DNA of 35,063 nucleotides, from positions 1-35,063 of the forward strand of contig JANMPX010000190.1 in the NCBI GenBank assembly GCA_031370085.1, in the 5' to 3' direction. The position numbers and the translations under genes are program-made. Below, piece by piece: positions 22,652 to 32,334 of this stretch; position 1 is the stretch's first letter, and every line of letters starts with the position of its first letter. Source of the DNA: Chloroflexota bacterium (lineage in GTDB: Bacteria; Chloroflexota; Limnocylindria; QHBO01). Under the pieces are notes generated by a model. The model made no database searches. It saw only the letters and a list, made by a program, of their open reading frames with translations, and had not been told where the DNA came from.

Positions 22652-24685
22652 GTGACCAACCGACTTGCCGCCGAGACGAGCCCGTACCTGCTCCAGCATG
22701 CGCACAACCCGGTCGACTGGTATCCGTGGGGTCCCGAGGCGCTCGAGCGGGCGCGCATCGAGGATCGGCCGATCTTCCTCTCGATCGGTTATTCGGCCTG
22801 TCACTGGTGCCACGTCATGGCGCACGAGTCGTTCGAGAACCAGGCGATCGCCGCGCAGCTGAATCGGGACTTCGTGGCGATCAAGGTCGATCGCGAGGAA
22901 CGCCCCGACCTCGATGACGTGTACATGGCCGCCGTCCAGGCCATGACCGGGGGTGGCGGATGGCCGATGAGCGTCTTCCTGACACCCGACCTGGAGCCGT
23001 TCTTCGGGGGCACCTACTTCCCGCCGGAGGATCGGCACGGGCTGCCGGGCTTCCCGCGCGTTTTGAGCGGGGTCGCCGATGCCTACCGGACGCGACGTGA
23101 CGAGGTGACCGCGCAGGGCCGCCAGCTGGCCACGCACCTGCGCGAGCAGCTCGACGTGTCGGCCGGGATACGCGACCCGGATCGCGGACAGCTTGACCTG
23201 GCGGTGGCTCGCCTGAAGCAGTCGTTCGACCCGGTCCACGGCGGGTTCGGCGGCGCTCCGAAGTTTCCGGCGCCGATGACGTTGGAGTTCCTCCTCCGCG
23301 CGTGGCGGCGCAGCGCGGACCCCGAGACGCTGCGCATGGTGACGGTGACCCTCGACCGTATGGCCGATGGCGGCATCCATGACCAGGTCGGGGGCGGCTT
23401 CGCCCGCTACAGCACCGATGCGCACTGGCTGGTGCCGCACTTCGAGAAGATGCTGTACGACAACGCGCTCCTGGCGCATTGCTACCTCGAGGCCTTTCGG
23501 GCCACGGGCCGATCGCGCTACGCGGCCGCGGCGCGCGACACGCTCGACTTCCTGCTGCGCGAGCTCGCCACGCGGGAGGGGGGATTCGCCTCGGCACTCG
23601 ACGCTGACAGCGAGGGCGAGGAGGGGCGCTTTTACGTCTGGACAGCGGACGAATTCCGCTCCGTTCTCGAGGAAGGTGGCCTGGGACCCGCGGAGATCGC
23701 CGACGTGGCGCGGTACTGGGATGTCGCGGCGGGAGGCAACTGGGAAGGCCGTTCGATCCTGCACGTGGCTGTCGATGCGGAGCCGCCCGGAGCGCTGGAC
23801 CGCGCGCGCGCTGCCCTCCTGGCAGCCCGGGAGCGCCGCGTGCGGCCGGGCCGGGATGCCAAGCAGCTCGCCGCCTGGAACGGACTGGCGCTGCGGGCGC
23901 TGTCGGTCGGAGCAATGGTGCTCGGTGAGGACCGATACGCCGAGGCAGCCGGCCAGCTGGTGACCTTCGTGCGGGGGCAGCTGCTTCGCGAGGGGGATCG
24001 GCTCTGGCGCACCGCGCGCGATGGAGCGGCCCACACCCCCGCCTTCGCAGAGGACTACGCCTGCCTCGCCGATGGGCTGCTGCTCGCCTACGCGGCAAAC
24101 GGCGAGCCGAACGATCTGCGCCTGGCGGAAGCGCTGGTGGCGCGCTTGGTGGCGGACTTCTGGGACCCGGAAAGCGGAACGCTGTTCGACACCGGGCCGG
24201 AGCACGAGCGTGTCGTTGCGCGGCCTCGATCGCTGCTTGATGGGGCAACGCCGGCAGCCAACTCCGTCGCGGCCGATGTCTTGCTGCGACTGGCGCTGCT
24301 CACCGGAGATGCCGATCACGATCGCCGGGCTCGCAGCATCCTGCGGGCCGCGGGACCGGCCCTCGAGCGTCAGCCGACCGCCTTCGGGAGGATGCTCGCC
24401 GCGGCGGATCGAGCGCTCGGCCAGCCGGTCGATGCGGTGATCGCCGGGGCCTCCGACGACCCGCGGGCCGTGGCCTTGCGCCGGGCCGCGGCGAGCCCAT
24501 ACGCCCCCGATCTCGTCATCGCACCACTGCCGAAGGAGAGCGGCCTGGCGGACCTGCCGCTCTTCGTTGGCAAGGGAGCGCCGGCCGGCGTGCCGACCGC
24601 TTACCTGTGTCGGGGCTACGCCTGCAACGAGCCCACGGACGAGCCAGCGCGGCTGGTCGCCCAGGTGGTCGCAGCCGCCGGCTGA
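22652..24685 (+). CDS. thioredoxin-domain protein, DUF255/YyaL (SPATA20-like) family
   Basis: The N-terminus is [53 protein letters not shown] long alpha/alpha-toroid-like C-terminal region follows. The start is GTG. Confidence 0.9.
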   Translation: MTNRLAAETSPYLLQHAHNPVDWYPWGPEALERARIEDRPIFLSIGYSACHWCHVMAHESFENQAIAAQLNRDFVAIKVDREERPDLDDVYMAAVQAMTGGGGWPMSVFLTPDLEPFFGGTYFPPEDRHGLPGFPRVLSGVADAYRTRRDEVTAQGRQLATHLREQLDVSAGIRDPDRGQLDLAVARLKQSFDPVHGGFGGAPKFPAPMTLEFLLRAWRRSADPETLRMVTVTLDRMADGGIHDQVGGGFARYSTDAHWLVPHFEKMLYDNALLAHCYLEAFRATGRSRYAAAARDTLDFLLRELATREGGFASALDADSEGEEGRFYVWTADEFRSVLEEGGLGPAEIADVARYWDVAAGGNWEGRSILHVAVDAEPPGALDRARAALLAARERRVRPGRDAKQLAAWNGLALRALSVGAMVLGEDRYAEAAGQLVTFVRGQLLREGDRLWRTARDGAAHTPAFAEDYACLADGLLLAYAANGEPNDLRLAEALVARLVADFWDPESGTLFDTGPEHERVVARPRSLLDGATPAANSVAADVLLRLALLTGDADHDRRARSILRAAGPALERQPTAFGRMLAAADRALGQPVDAVIAGASDDPRAVALRRAAASPYAPDLVIAPLPKESGLADLPLFVGKGAPAGVPTAYLCRGYACNEPTDEPARLVAQVVAAAG

Positions 24686-24721
24686 GGTGCCCAACGCCGC
24701 TGGGTTCTATCATCGAACGCG

Positions 24722-25675
24722 ATGATCCATCCCTCGCGGGCCGTGCTGGCCCTGTCTCTGGCTGCGCTCGTCCTGTCAGCCTGCGCCAGCGCGACGCCGT
24801 CGCCAAGTATCGAGCCGACCCCCAGCGCCACACAACAGGCGACGATCGAGCCGACTCCGACCCTCCAACCGACGCTGGCACCGATCCCCGTCGACCAAAA
24901 AATGCTCAGCCATCGCCTCACCATCCTGGTGGTCGGCTCGGATGCCAGCCAGGCGCGACGACGCAGCGGCCTGCTGACCTGGCGCACCGACGCGTTGATG
25001 GTTGTCAGCATCAGTGCCGATCAGTCGCAGATCTCGATGCTGTCGCTTCCGCGCGACACCGTCGACGTGCCGCTGGGGAACGGGCGCATCTATGGCGGCA
25101 AAGTGAACGGCATTGCCCAGCTGTACGGCCTGGATGGGCTTCGCAGGGCGATGTCTGCGCTACTCGGTGTGCCGATCGATCGATACCTGATGATCAACAT
25201 GGACGACTTCGGCTGGATCGTGGACGCGGTTGGCGGGATCGATGTCGAGGTCAAGACCCGGATCTCCGACGGCGAGATCCACCTGCGCCTCGATCCTGGT
25301 CCAGTCCACCTGAACGGCGCCAGGGCGCTGCTCTTCTCGCGCACCCGGGCAGACTCCGACTACGCGCGCGGTGCGCGCCACCAGCAGGTGGTGCTGGCCC
25401 TGCTGCAGCGCTGGCTCGACCCGGCCACTCCGGTCGCCCTGCTGACAGGCATGCGCCTGCTGGCTTCATTGGAGACCGACATCGTCCTCACCGAGCTGCC
25501 CACGCTGGTCGAGATCGGTCGCCGCTCGATGACCGCCAGGGTGATGGGCGCGGTGCTGCAACCACCGCGCTTCTCCTATTTCGTGGGGGTCGAACCCGGC
25601 ACCAATCGCGGCTGGGTGATGATCCCCAACCTGACCGCCATGCGCTCGTACGCGCGCTCGCTGATGGGAGCCTGA
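24722..25675 (+). CDS. LytR-CpsA-Psr (LCP) family cell-envelope phosphotransferase
   Basis: Lipoprotein-type signal (LAALVLSAC). LCP motifs are ILVVGSD, RTDALMVVSI, LSLPRDTVDVP and LLFSRTR. Confidence 0.85.
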   Translation: MIHPSRAVLALSLAALVLSACASATPSPSIEPTPSATQQATIEPTPTLQPTLAPIPVDQKMLSHRLTILVVGSDASQARRRSGLLTWRTDALMVVSISADQSQISMLSLPRDTVDVPLGNGRIYGGKVNGIAQLYGLDGLRRAMSALLGVPIDRYLMINMDDFGWIVDAVGGIDVEVKTRISDGEIHLRLDPGPVHLNGARALLFSRTRADSDYARGARHQQVVLALLQRWLDPATPVALLTGMRLLASLETDIVLTELPTLVEIGRRSMTARVMGAVLQPPRFSYFVGVEPGTNRGWVMIPNLTAMRSYARSLMGA

Positions 25676-25682
25676 GCGAAGT

Positions 25683-26078
25683 TCAGTGCGATCCGGCGGT
25701 GATCATGGTGTCGTGGGTCCCGCATCGGTAGCACGACGCGTCGGCGGTGCGGATGGTCGCGGCGCAGTTCGCGCAGGTCACCAGCAGATCAGACTCGCAG
25801 GCCGGGCAGAAGCGTGCCCCGGCCGGGTACTGGAGCCCGTCGACCGGGCAGTACGGCACGCCGCGCGGCGCTTCGATGGCACCGTCGGGCGCGCGTGGCA
25901 GGAGGAGCACCGGCGCAGCCGTGGAGTCGATGCCGACCTGCGATACGTGCAGGTAGCCGATCACCAGCCACAGCAGGTAAAGGCCGAGCAGCCCGACCAT
26001 GGCAAACGGGAAGAGCGTGGCGGCCGACCCGCCGACCCCGGTCGAGACCCACTCGATGAGCTGTCTGATAGCGTCCAT
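25683..26078 (-). CDS. membrane-anchored double zinc-ribbon protein, unknown function
   Basis: It has one TM segment (LFPFAMVGLLGLYLLWLVIGYL). A Cys-rich C-terminus follows: YCPVDG...FCPACESDLLVTCANCAATIRTADASCYRCG. Confidence 0.6.
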   Translation of the reverse strand: MDAIRQLIEWVSTGVGGSAATLFPFAMVGLLGLYLLWLVIGYLHVSQVGIDSTAAPVLLLPRAPDGAIEAPRGVPYCPVDGLQYPAGARFCPACESDLLVTCANCAATIRTADASCYRCGTHDTMITAGSH

Positions 26079-26141
26079 GGCGCGGCGATTCTAGCATCGG
26101 GCCTGCGCTACACTCCGCGCAATCGCCGCGCCCCGAGGACC

Positions 26142-27185
26142 ATGCCCCGCCCCCGGCTTGACCCCCACACCCCGCTCACCGAACTGCACGTGCACCTCGG
26201 GGCGGCGGTCGCGCCAGCGGTGATGTGGGGCATCGCCCACGCCCAGGGGATCCGCCTTCCGACCAAGGACTATTGGGCCTTTCATGACCTGATCACCGTC
26301 GGCCGCCGGCGGCGTCACTCGTTCCAGGGCTACCTGGACCTGTTCCATTGGACCGAGCTGATCCAATCGAGCCCGATCGCGGTCGAGCGCAGCGTGTACG
26401 AGGTGATCGGCGGCGCCTATCGCAAGAGCAACATCACCCGCATCGAGCTTCGCTTCAATCCCATGAAGCGCAACCGCGGCGGGGAGCAGGATCTCGACCA
26501 CATCATCGCTGCGGCGGTGCGGGGCATGGACCGCGCGGTGCTCGAGTATCCCCCGGTGAGCGCCGGGCTGATCCTGTGTCTCGACCGGGGATTCAGTCGC
26601 GAGCTGAACGAGATCATCGCCGCCAAGGCGATCGCCTGGCGCAATCGGGGCGTGGTGGCGATCGACATCGCCGGTCCCGTTGAGCCCACCTTCCGCTTCG
26701 CCGACTACAGGGAGCTTTCGGCCGAGGTTCGCCGAGCGGGGCTCGGGGTCACCGTTCATGCCGGCGAGACCGGCGGGGCGGATGAGGTGCGCGAGGCGGT
26801 CGAGGCGTTGGAGCCGACCCGCATCGGTCACGGTGTCAACAGCGCCTCCAGCCCGTCGGTCATGGCGCTGCTGCGTGAGCGCCAGGTCGTGCTGGAGGTG
26901 TGCCCGACCTCCAACCTCAACACACGGGTCGTTCGGGACATCGCAGAGCTGCGGACTGTCCTCCGCCGGCTGATTGAGCACGAGGTGCCGTTCACGCTGT
27001 CGACCGATGGGCCGGAGATGCTGCGCTCCCACCTCCGTGACGAGATTGCGCTCCTCCTGCGCCATGAGATCATGAGCCTCGACGAGATCCACCGGGCCAT
27101 TGAGACGGCCCACCGGGCCAGCTTCATCGATGGCGCCGCGATCTCCATCGGCCCTGCGCCGATCAGCGCCGAGGTCGAGGTCTAG
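26142..27185 (+). CDS. add: adenosine-deaminase-family amidohydrolase (variant active-site motifs)
   Basis: Motifs are ELHVHLG, VHAGETGG, IGHG, EVCPTSN and LSTDGPE (the canonical form is TDDP). ATG 26142 follows GAGGAC. The track ORF from 25686 is antisense to the previous gene. Confidence 0.8.
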   Translation: MPRPRLDPHTPLTELHVHLGAAVAPAVMWGIAHAQGIRLPTKDYWAFHDLITVGRRRRHSFQGYLDLFHWTELIQSSPIAVERSVYEVIGGAYRKSNITRIELRFNPMKRNRGGEQDLDHIIAAAVRGMDRAVLEYPPVSAGLILCLDRGFSRELNEIIAAKAIAWRNRGVVAIDIAGPVEPTFRFADYRELSAEVRRAGLGVTVHAGETGGADEVREAVEALEPTRIGHGVNSASSPSVMALLRERQVVLEVCPTSNLNTRVVRDIAELRTVLRRLIEHEVPFTLSTDGPEMLRSHLRDEIALLLRHEIMSLDEIHRAIETAHRASFIDGAAISIGPAPISAEVEV

Positions 27186-27203
27186 GCTGATAGACTGCCG
27201 GCC

Positions 27204-28070
27204 GTGTCCTCGATCTGGCGGCCGGTGCGTGAGCGGAATCCCGTCCGCAGCCTGATGGTCGTCGTCGCTCACCCCGGCGACGAGTCGTTCGGATTTGGCG
27301 GAGCGATCGCCCAGGCTGCCGCCTCCGGAGCCTATGTCGCGGTGGTGTGTGCAACGCGAGGTCACTTCGACCGACGCCTGCTGGATCGCGCTCCCGCTCC
27401 GGGAGGTCGCAGCCGCGCCCTGGATCGCCCTGCCGTGTGGCGCAACCTCGACACCGTCCGCGAGGATGAGATGCGCCGCTCGGTGGGGATGCTCGGCGTC
27501 CGCGTGCTGCGCATGCTCGATTACGCCGAGGAGGGGCTATCTGCCGTCGACCCCGATGAGCTGGTCGAACGAATCGTCGAGACCATCAGGATGCATCGAC
27601 CCGAGGTCGTGCTGACCTTCGGGCCCGAGGGGATCAGCGGCGATGCGGATCACGTCGCCGTGGGCCGCGCCACCGGGTCCGCCTTCGAGCGGGCAGGCGA
27701 GCCGCTGGCCTACGAGGACGACCTCGAGGAGGACCAGGTCGCATGGCGCGCGGCCAAGCTCTATCACCTGGTCGTCTCGGAAGAGGATCTTTCCGGGCTG
27801 GGGGGCGAGGCTCCCAGCGGTTATGGCTCTCCGGCCGGCTCCGAGAGCCTGACGCTCGAGCTGGGCGACCTCGCCGAGGTCAAGCTGCAGGCGATTGCGC
27901 AGAACGTCTCACAGACCGGTTCAGACGGACCGTTCCGGCACTGGTCGACAGAGGCTCGCGATCGGTTCCTGGGCGTCGAGCGCTACCGGCTGGCACGCTC
28001 TAACCTGCCGGTGGTGGCCGGTACTGCGGCCGGAACCGGTGAATCGTCGCTGTGGGACGGTCTCGCCTAG
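27204..28070 (+). CDS. PIG-L/LmbE-family deacetylase (second copy)
   Basis: Motifs LMVVVAHPGDESFGFGG and GDADHVAVGRA. The start is GTG. Confidence 0.8.
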   Translation: MSSIWRPVRERNPVRSLMVVVAHPGDESFGFGGAIAQAAASGAYVAVVCATRGHFDRRLLDRAPAPGGRSRALDRPAVWRNLDTVREDEMRRSVGMLGVRVLRMLDYAEEGLSAVDPDELVERIVETIRMHRPEVVLTFGPEGISGDADHVAVGRATGSAFERAGEPLAYEDDLEEDQVAWRAAKLYHLVVSEEDLSGLGGEAPSGYGSPAGSESLTLELGDLAEVKLQAIAQNVSQTGSDGPFRHWSTEARDRFLGVERYRLARSNLPVVAGTAAGTGESSLWDGLA

Positions 28071-28176
28071 CGTCGCCGGTGGCGCCAGACGCAACATAGG
28101 TAGCATTGAAGACCGTCTCCGCTCTGCTACCCTCGGGGCGTTCGCCATCGGTCAATCGAAAGGGAGCCCACCGCGC

Positions 28177-29274
28177 ATGTCCGACCAGCTCACCGACGAA
28201 AAGATCATGGCTGCCCTCTCCCTGGTCAAGGACCCGGAGATTGGCCGTGACCTGGTCAGCCTCGGAATGGTCAAGTCGATCGAGATCACCGGCACCGTCG
28301 TCGACCTCACGGTCGAGCTGACCACGCCCGCCTGTCCGTTGAAGGCCAAGATCGAATCGGACATCGTGGACGGCCTCGAGGCACTCGGCGCGACCGCCGT
28401 GCGGGTTGACTGGGCGAGCAACGTGAAGCGCTCCTTCGGGGGCCCGGCCGCCGACCTGATCCCCGGCGTCAAGAATACGATCGCGGTCGCGTCGGGCAAG
28501 GGCGGCGTGGGCAAGACCACGGTGGCGGTCAACCTGGCCGTCAGCCTGGCGCGCGACGGAGCACGGGTCGGCCTGCTCGACGCAGACATCACCGGGCCGA
28601 ACGTGCCGCTCATGATGGGGACGACCGGCTCCCACGTCACCGGCGTTGGTGGCCGGGTCAACCCGGTGGTGGCCCATGGCGTCAAGATGATGAGCATCCA
28701 GTACTTCCTGACCGGGGACGCGCCGGTGATCTGGCGGGGGCCCTTGATTCATTCGGCGATCCAGCAGTTCCTGCGCGACGTTGAATGGGGCGACCTCGAC
28801 TACCTGGTGGTCGACCTGCCGCCGGGGACCGGAGACGCCGTGCTCAGCCTCAGCCAGCTCATTCCGCTCTCCGGCGCGGTGATCGTCACCACGCCCCAGG
28901 AGGTGAGCCTGGTCGACGCCCGCAAGGCGATCGGCATGTTCAACAAGGTCAACGTGCGGACCCTTGGCGTGGTCGAGAACATGAGCGGCTTCATCTGCCC
29001 CGACTGCGGCGCCGAGCACGACATCTTCGGCAGCGGCGGAGCGGCTTCGCTGGCGCGTGAGCTCGGGCTGGAGGTCCTGGCCCGGATCCCGCTCGAGCCG
29101 GGCGTGCGCAGCGGTGGCGACGCCGGAGCACCGATCACCTCCAGCCAGCACCCCGGCAGCGACGACTCGCGGGCGGCGGCCGTCCTGCGCGAGCTGGCAC
29201 GCACCGTTGCCGGTCGAATCAGCGTGATCGCCGCGCCATTCGTGGGCGCCGCTGCCGAGGTTCGCGCGAACTGA
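28177..29274 (+). CDS. mrp: Mrp/NBP35/ApbC Fe-S cluster carrier ATPase with N-terminal DUF59 domain
   Basis: The DUF59 part is LSLVKDPEIGRDLVSLGMVKSI...TTPACPL. The deviant Walker A is IAVASGKGGVGKTT. Also present are DLPPGTGD and CPDCG. ATG 28177 follows AAGGGAG. Confidence 0.9.
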   Translation: MSDQLTDEKIMAALSLVKDPEIGRDLVSLGMVKSIEITGTVVDLTVELTTPACPLKAKIESDIVDGLEALGATAVRVDWASNVKRSFGGPAADLIPGVKNTIAVASGKGGVGKTTVAVNLAVSLARDGARVGLLDADITGPNVPLMMGTTGSHVTGVGGRVNPVVAHGVKMMSIQYFLTGDAPVIWRGPLIHSAIQQFLRDVEWGDLDYLVVDLPPGTGDAVLSLSQLIPLSGAVIVTTPQEVSLVDARKAIGMFNKVNVRTLGVVENMSGFICPDCGAEHDIFGSGGAASLARELGLEVLARIPLEPGVRSGGDAGAPITSSQHPGSDDSRAAAVLRELARTVAGRISVIAAPFVGAAAEVRAN

Positions 29275-29280
29275 AGTCCT

Positions 29281-29303
29281 GCCCGGGGGTGATTCCCCCC
29301 GGC
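29281..29303 (+). terminator. weak GC hairpin downstream of mrp
   Basis: GCC(C)GGGGG-tgattc-CCCCCGGC forms 8 bp with one bulge. No U-tract follows. Confidence 0.3.
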
Positions 29304-29328
29304 ATCGCAGCCGCCGGACAATCGGCGA

Positions 29329-30084
29329 ATGCGAGTAGCAGTGCTGGCCGACATCCACGCTAACCTGCCGGCGCTGCGCGCCGTGCTCGACGATGCCGTG
29401 TCACTTCGCTGCGCCACCGTCTGGTGCCTCGGCGACGTGGTCGGGCGGGGCCCTTACCCGGACCAGGTCGTGACCGAGATACGCGCGCTCGGCGTCCCGA
29501 CGGTCCAGGGCAACTGGGACGAGGCGGTGGGCATGAACCGCGAGCAGCCCGGCTCGATCTGGGCATCGCCCGAGGCCGAGGCCCAGGGGATCGCCTCGCT
29601 GCAATGGACGATCGCGCATGTCAGCGACGAGAATCGAAGCTGGCTGCGGCAGCTGCCGCCGACACTCAGGCTGGAGATCGGCGAACGCTCGGCACTCCTC
29701 TTCCACGGCTCGCCGCTGCGACAGAACGAGTACCTCTGGAGCGACCGGCCGAGTCGCATGCTGACCCGCATCGCGTCCGACGAGGCCGATGACCTGTTCT
29801 GCTTCGGGCACACCCACGAGACCTTCCAGCGGGTGGTCGGCGCCAGCCAGTTCGTCGCCGCCGGCTCCGTTGGCTGCGGCTCCGAGAGCGACCCGCGCGC
29901 GCAATACGCAGTGATCGACACGACGGCGACTGACCTCGACGTTCGCTTCCGCTCGGTGCGCTATGACCGGCAACCGGTGGAGCGCGCCCTGGAGGCGGCC
30001 GGCCTTTCGGTCGACCTGCTGCGCGTCGGTCCGGTTCCGCATCCGCTGGTTGACGCGGGGATCGGCCCCATGGTCGAGGCCTAG
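29329..30084 (+). CDS. metallophosphoesterase (YfcE/MJ0936-like)
   Basis: Motifs LADIHAN, LGDVVGRG, GNWDE, FHGSP and FGHTHE. Confidence 0.85.
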   Translation: MRVAVLADIHANLPALRAVLDDAVSLRCATVWCLGDVVGRGPYPDQVVTEIRALGVPTVQGNWDEAVGMNREQPGSIWASPEAEAQGIASLQWTIAHVSDENRSWLRQLPPTLRLEIGERSALLFHGSPLRQNEYLWSDRPSRMLTRIASDEADDLFCFGHTHETFQRVVGASQFVAAGSVGCGSESDPRAQYAVIDTTATDLDVRFRSVRYDRQPVERALEAAGLSVDLLRVGPVPHPLVDAGIGPMVEA

Positions 30085-30118
30085 CTCCGCGGCGGCACGT
30101 GCTCGGCGCTGATCGCGC

Positions 30119-31198
30119 TTAGCCCGCCCCTCCCTCACGCTCGTACGGCCGGCCGTCCGCGGCCGGCGGGGTCGAGCGGCCGACGACGCCGGCGAGGATG
30201 ATGATCGTGACGAGGTATGGCAGGGCATCCCATGTCTGCGGCGGCAGCGTCGACAGGATGTCGCCGAGGCTGCCGCTAGGCGGATTGAAGCCGATGACCT
30301 GTCCGAGCGCCAGGAAGCTGGAGAACAGTATGGCCGCCCCGAATGCGCCGACCGGCGTCCACCGTCCGACGATCATCGCCGCAAGCGCGATGAAGCCTCG
30401 GCCGCCGCTCATGCCCGCCTGAAACTGATTGGTCGCCTCCATGCTCAGAAACGCCCCGCCCAGGCCGGCGAGCAGCCCGCCAGCCATTACGTTGCGATAC
30501 CGCAGGCGGATGACATCGATGCCCGCGGTCTCGACCGCACGCGGGTGTTCCCCGACCGCGCGGGTTCGAAGGCCCCAGCGCGACCGGAACAGCAGGATCT
30601 GGATGACCACGACCAGCACGATCAGCGACATCGCGATCGGACCCTGGTTCAGGAACATTGCGAAGATCCAGCCCACGACCGGGAGGTCGGTGACGGCCTT
30701 GGGTGGCACGAACGCGCTGAAGTTCCCGGCGGTCGTCGGCGAGAGGGGCGCCAGGATCGTGTTGAGGTAGCCGGTCAAGCCGAACGCCGCGATGTTGATG
30801 ATCGTGCCGCTGATGATCTGATCCGCCCGCAAGGTGATCGACAGCCAGGCGTGGACACCCGAGATCAGCAACGCGACCAGCAGGGCGGCCGCAAGCGCGA
30901 TCAAGAGCGCCGGCGTGATGCCGAATGGAAGGCCCGCACTTTCCCCGAGATACGGCGCGAGAGCGACGCCCACCACCCAACCCGTGAAGGCGCTTGCCAG
31001 CATCGTTCCCTCGATCGCGATATTGACGACGCCGGATCGCTCGCACATGACGCCGCACAGGGCCCCCAGGGCGATCGGCGTACCGGCACGCATGATCAGC
31101 GGCGCGATCGGCGGAACGACCTCGATGATGTAGCCGATGAGCTGGAACAGAAGCCCCATGACTGGGATCCCGTAGAGCGTCTTGATGAGCTCGTCCAT
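30119..31198 (-). CDS. BMP-family (nucleoside-type) ABC transporter permease
   Basis: A polytopic protein starting MDELIKTLYGIPVMGLLF..., with CERSGVVNIAIEGTML typical of this permease family. Its start overlaps the upstream stop (TGATG). The 726-aa track ORF is an out-of-frame upstream extension. Confidence 0.85.
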   Translation of the reverse strand: MDELIKTLYGIPVMGLLFQLIGYIIEVVPPIAPLIMRAGTPIALGALCGVMCERSGVVNIAIEGTMLASAFTGWVVGVALAPYLGESAGLPFGITPALLIALAAALLVALLISGVHAWLSITLRADQIISGTIINIAAFGLTGYLNTILAPLSPTTAGNFSAFVPPKAVTDLPVVGWIFAMFLNQGPIAMSLIVLVVVIQILLFRSRWGLRTRAVGEHPRAVETAGIDVIRLRYRNVMAGGLLAGLGGAFLSMEATNQFQAGMSGGRGFIALAAMIVGRWTPVGAFGAAILFSSFLALGQVIGFNPPSGSLGDILSTLPPQTWDALPYLVTIIILAGVVGRSTPPAADGRPYEREGGAG

Positions 31199-32334
31199 CA
31201 GACCGTTGCCTCCCCGTGGACCGCTGGCGCGACGGTCCCCGGGCCGCCGAGATCCGCGTGGGCGGCGGTGATGCGGAACAACCGCTGGACTGCGGGGCCG
31301 GCCACGAGGAACAGCAGGATCAGGGCCTGCAGGACGTCGATGAGCTCGACCGGGATGCCGGCCCTGATCTGCATGAGCCCGGAGCCGGCCCGCATCGCGC
31401 CGAAGAGGAGCGCGGCGAACGGGATAGCCAGCGGATTCGAACGGGCGAGGAGCGCGACGGCGATGGAGTCGAAGCCGACCGTCGTCGCGAAGGTCGAGTT
31501 CATCTGGTGGTTGATACCGAGGATGACACCGGCCCCGGCGGTGCCGGCGAGCAGGCCCGCCATGGTCATCGTCAGCATGATCAGCAGGCGGGGCCGCATC
31601 CCGGCGTAGCGTGCCGCATCCGGGTTCGCCCCGACCGTGCGGATCTCGAAGCCAAGGGTCGTCCGGTAGAGCAGCCACCAGATGACGAACACAGCGGCAG
31701 CCGCGATCAGGATTCCGAGATGGCCGTTCCGGCCGATCAGGATCGGGTATGCCGCGTTGCCCACGTTGTATGTCACCGGTGTCGGCGATTGCGGCACGCC
31801 CAGGGGGCCGGATACCGCCCATGCCAGGACCGAGCCGGCGACGTAGTTGAGCATGATCGTCGTCACGACTTCGTGTGCCCCGGAGATAGCCTTGAGAAAT
31901 CCGGGGATGAATCCCCAGGCGGCGCCGGCGAGCATGCCGCCTGCGAGCGCAACCGGAATGGCGACGATCGGCGGTGCCTCGTTGACCGCAACGCCGACGG
32001 CAACCGCGCCCAGCGCCCCCATCAGGAACTGCCCCTGCGCCCCAATGTTGAAGAGCCCGGCCTTGAAGCCGATCGCGACCGCGAGGCCGCCAAGGAGGAG
32101 CGGGGTGGTTGACACGAGGGTGTTGACGATCGCTGACTCGCGCCCGAACGAGCCGTTTAGCAGGGCCAGGTACGCGGTGATCGGGAGAAAGGGATCGAAG
32201 GCGTGATTCGGAAGGAGAAGCTCCGACGCGAGAATGATCACGCTGCCGACCACCAGGGCAAGAAGGATCGACAGGACGGGGAGGGCGCCCACCAGCCAAG
32301 CCTGTCGGGCGATCCGGGCAAGGGTGTCGGTCAC
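31198..32334 (-). CDS. BMP-family (nucleoside-type) ABC transporter permease
   Basis: 378-aa polytopic protein with FKAGLFNIGAQGQFLMG typical of the partner permease. An ATGA overlap joins it to the ATPase gene. Confidence 0.85.
   Translation of the reverse strand: MTDTLARIARQAWLVGALPVLSILLALVVGSVIILASELLLPNHAFDPFLPITAYLALLNGSFGRESAIVNTLVSTTPLLLGGLAVAIGFKAGLFNIGAQGQFLMGALGAVAVGVAVNEAPPIVAIPVALAGGMLAGAAWGFIPGFLKAISGAHEVVTTIMLNYVAGSVLAWAVSGPLGVPQSPTPVTYNVGNAAYPILIGRNGHLGILIAAAAVFVIWWLLYRTTLGFEIRTVGANPDAARYAGMRPRLLIMLTMTMAGLLAGTAGAGVILGINHQMNSTFATTVGFDSIAVALLARSNPLAIPFAALLFGAMRAGSGLMQIRAGIPVELIDVLQALILLFLVAGPAVQRLFRITAAHADLGGPGTVAPAVHGEATV

Noticed and set aside
22646-24694. 682-aa minus-strand ORF plus several overlapping 100-450-aa ORFs
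   Set aside because: They are antisense or out of frame to the YyaL/DUF255 gene, whose N-terminal thioredoxin motif and full length are unambiguous.
30119-32299. 726-aa ORF spanning both permease genes. Similar over-long track ORFs: 18305..19507, 25686..27185, 27895..29274, 21193..21906, 5920..7098, 13515..14417, 32331..34313
   Set aside because: Only the 3' portions carry family motifs. The upstream extensions overlap or run antisense to neighbouring genes and have junk composition. I trimmed each to an internal start that fits an RBS or a stop/start overlap.
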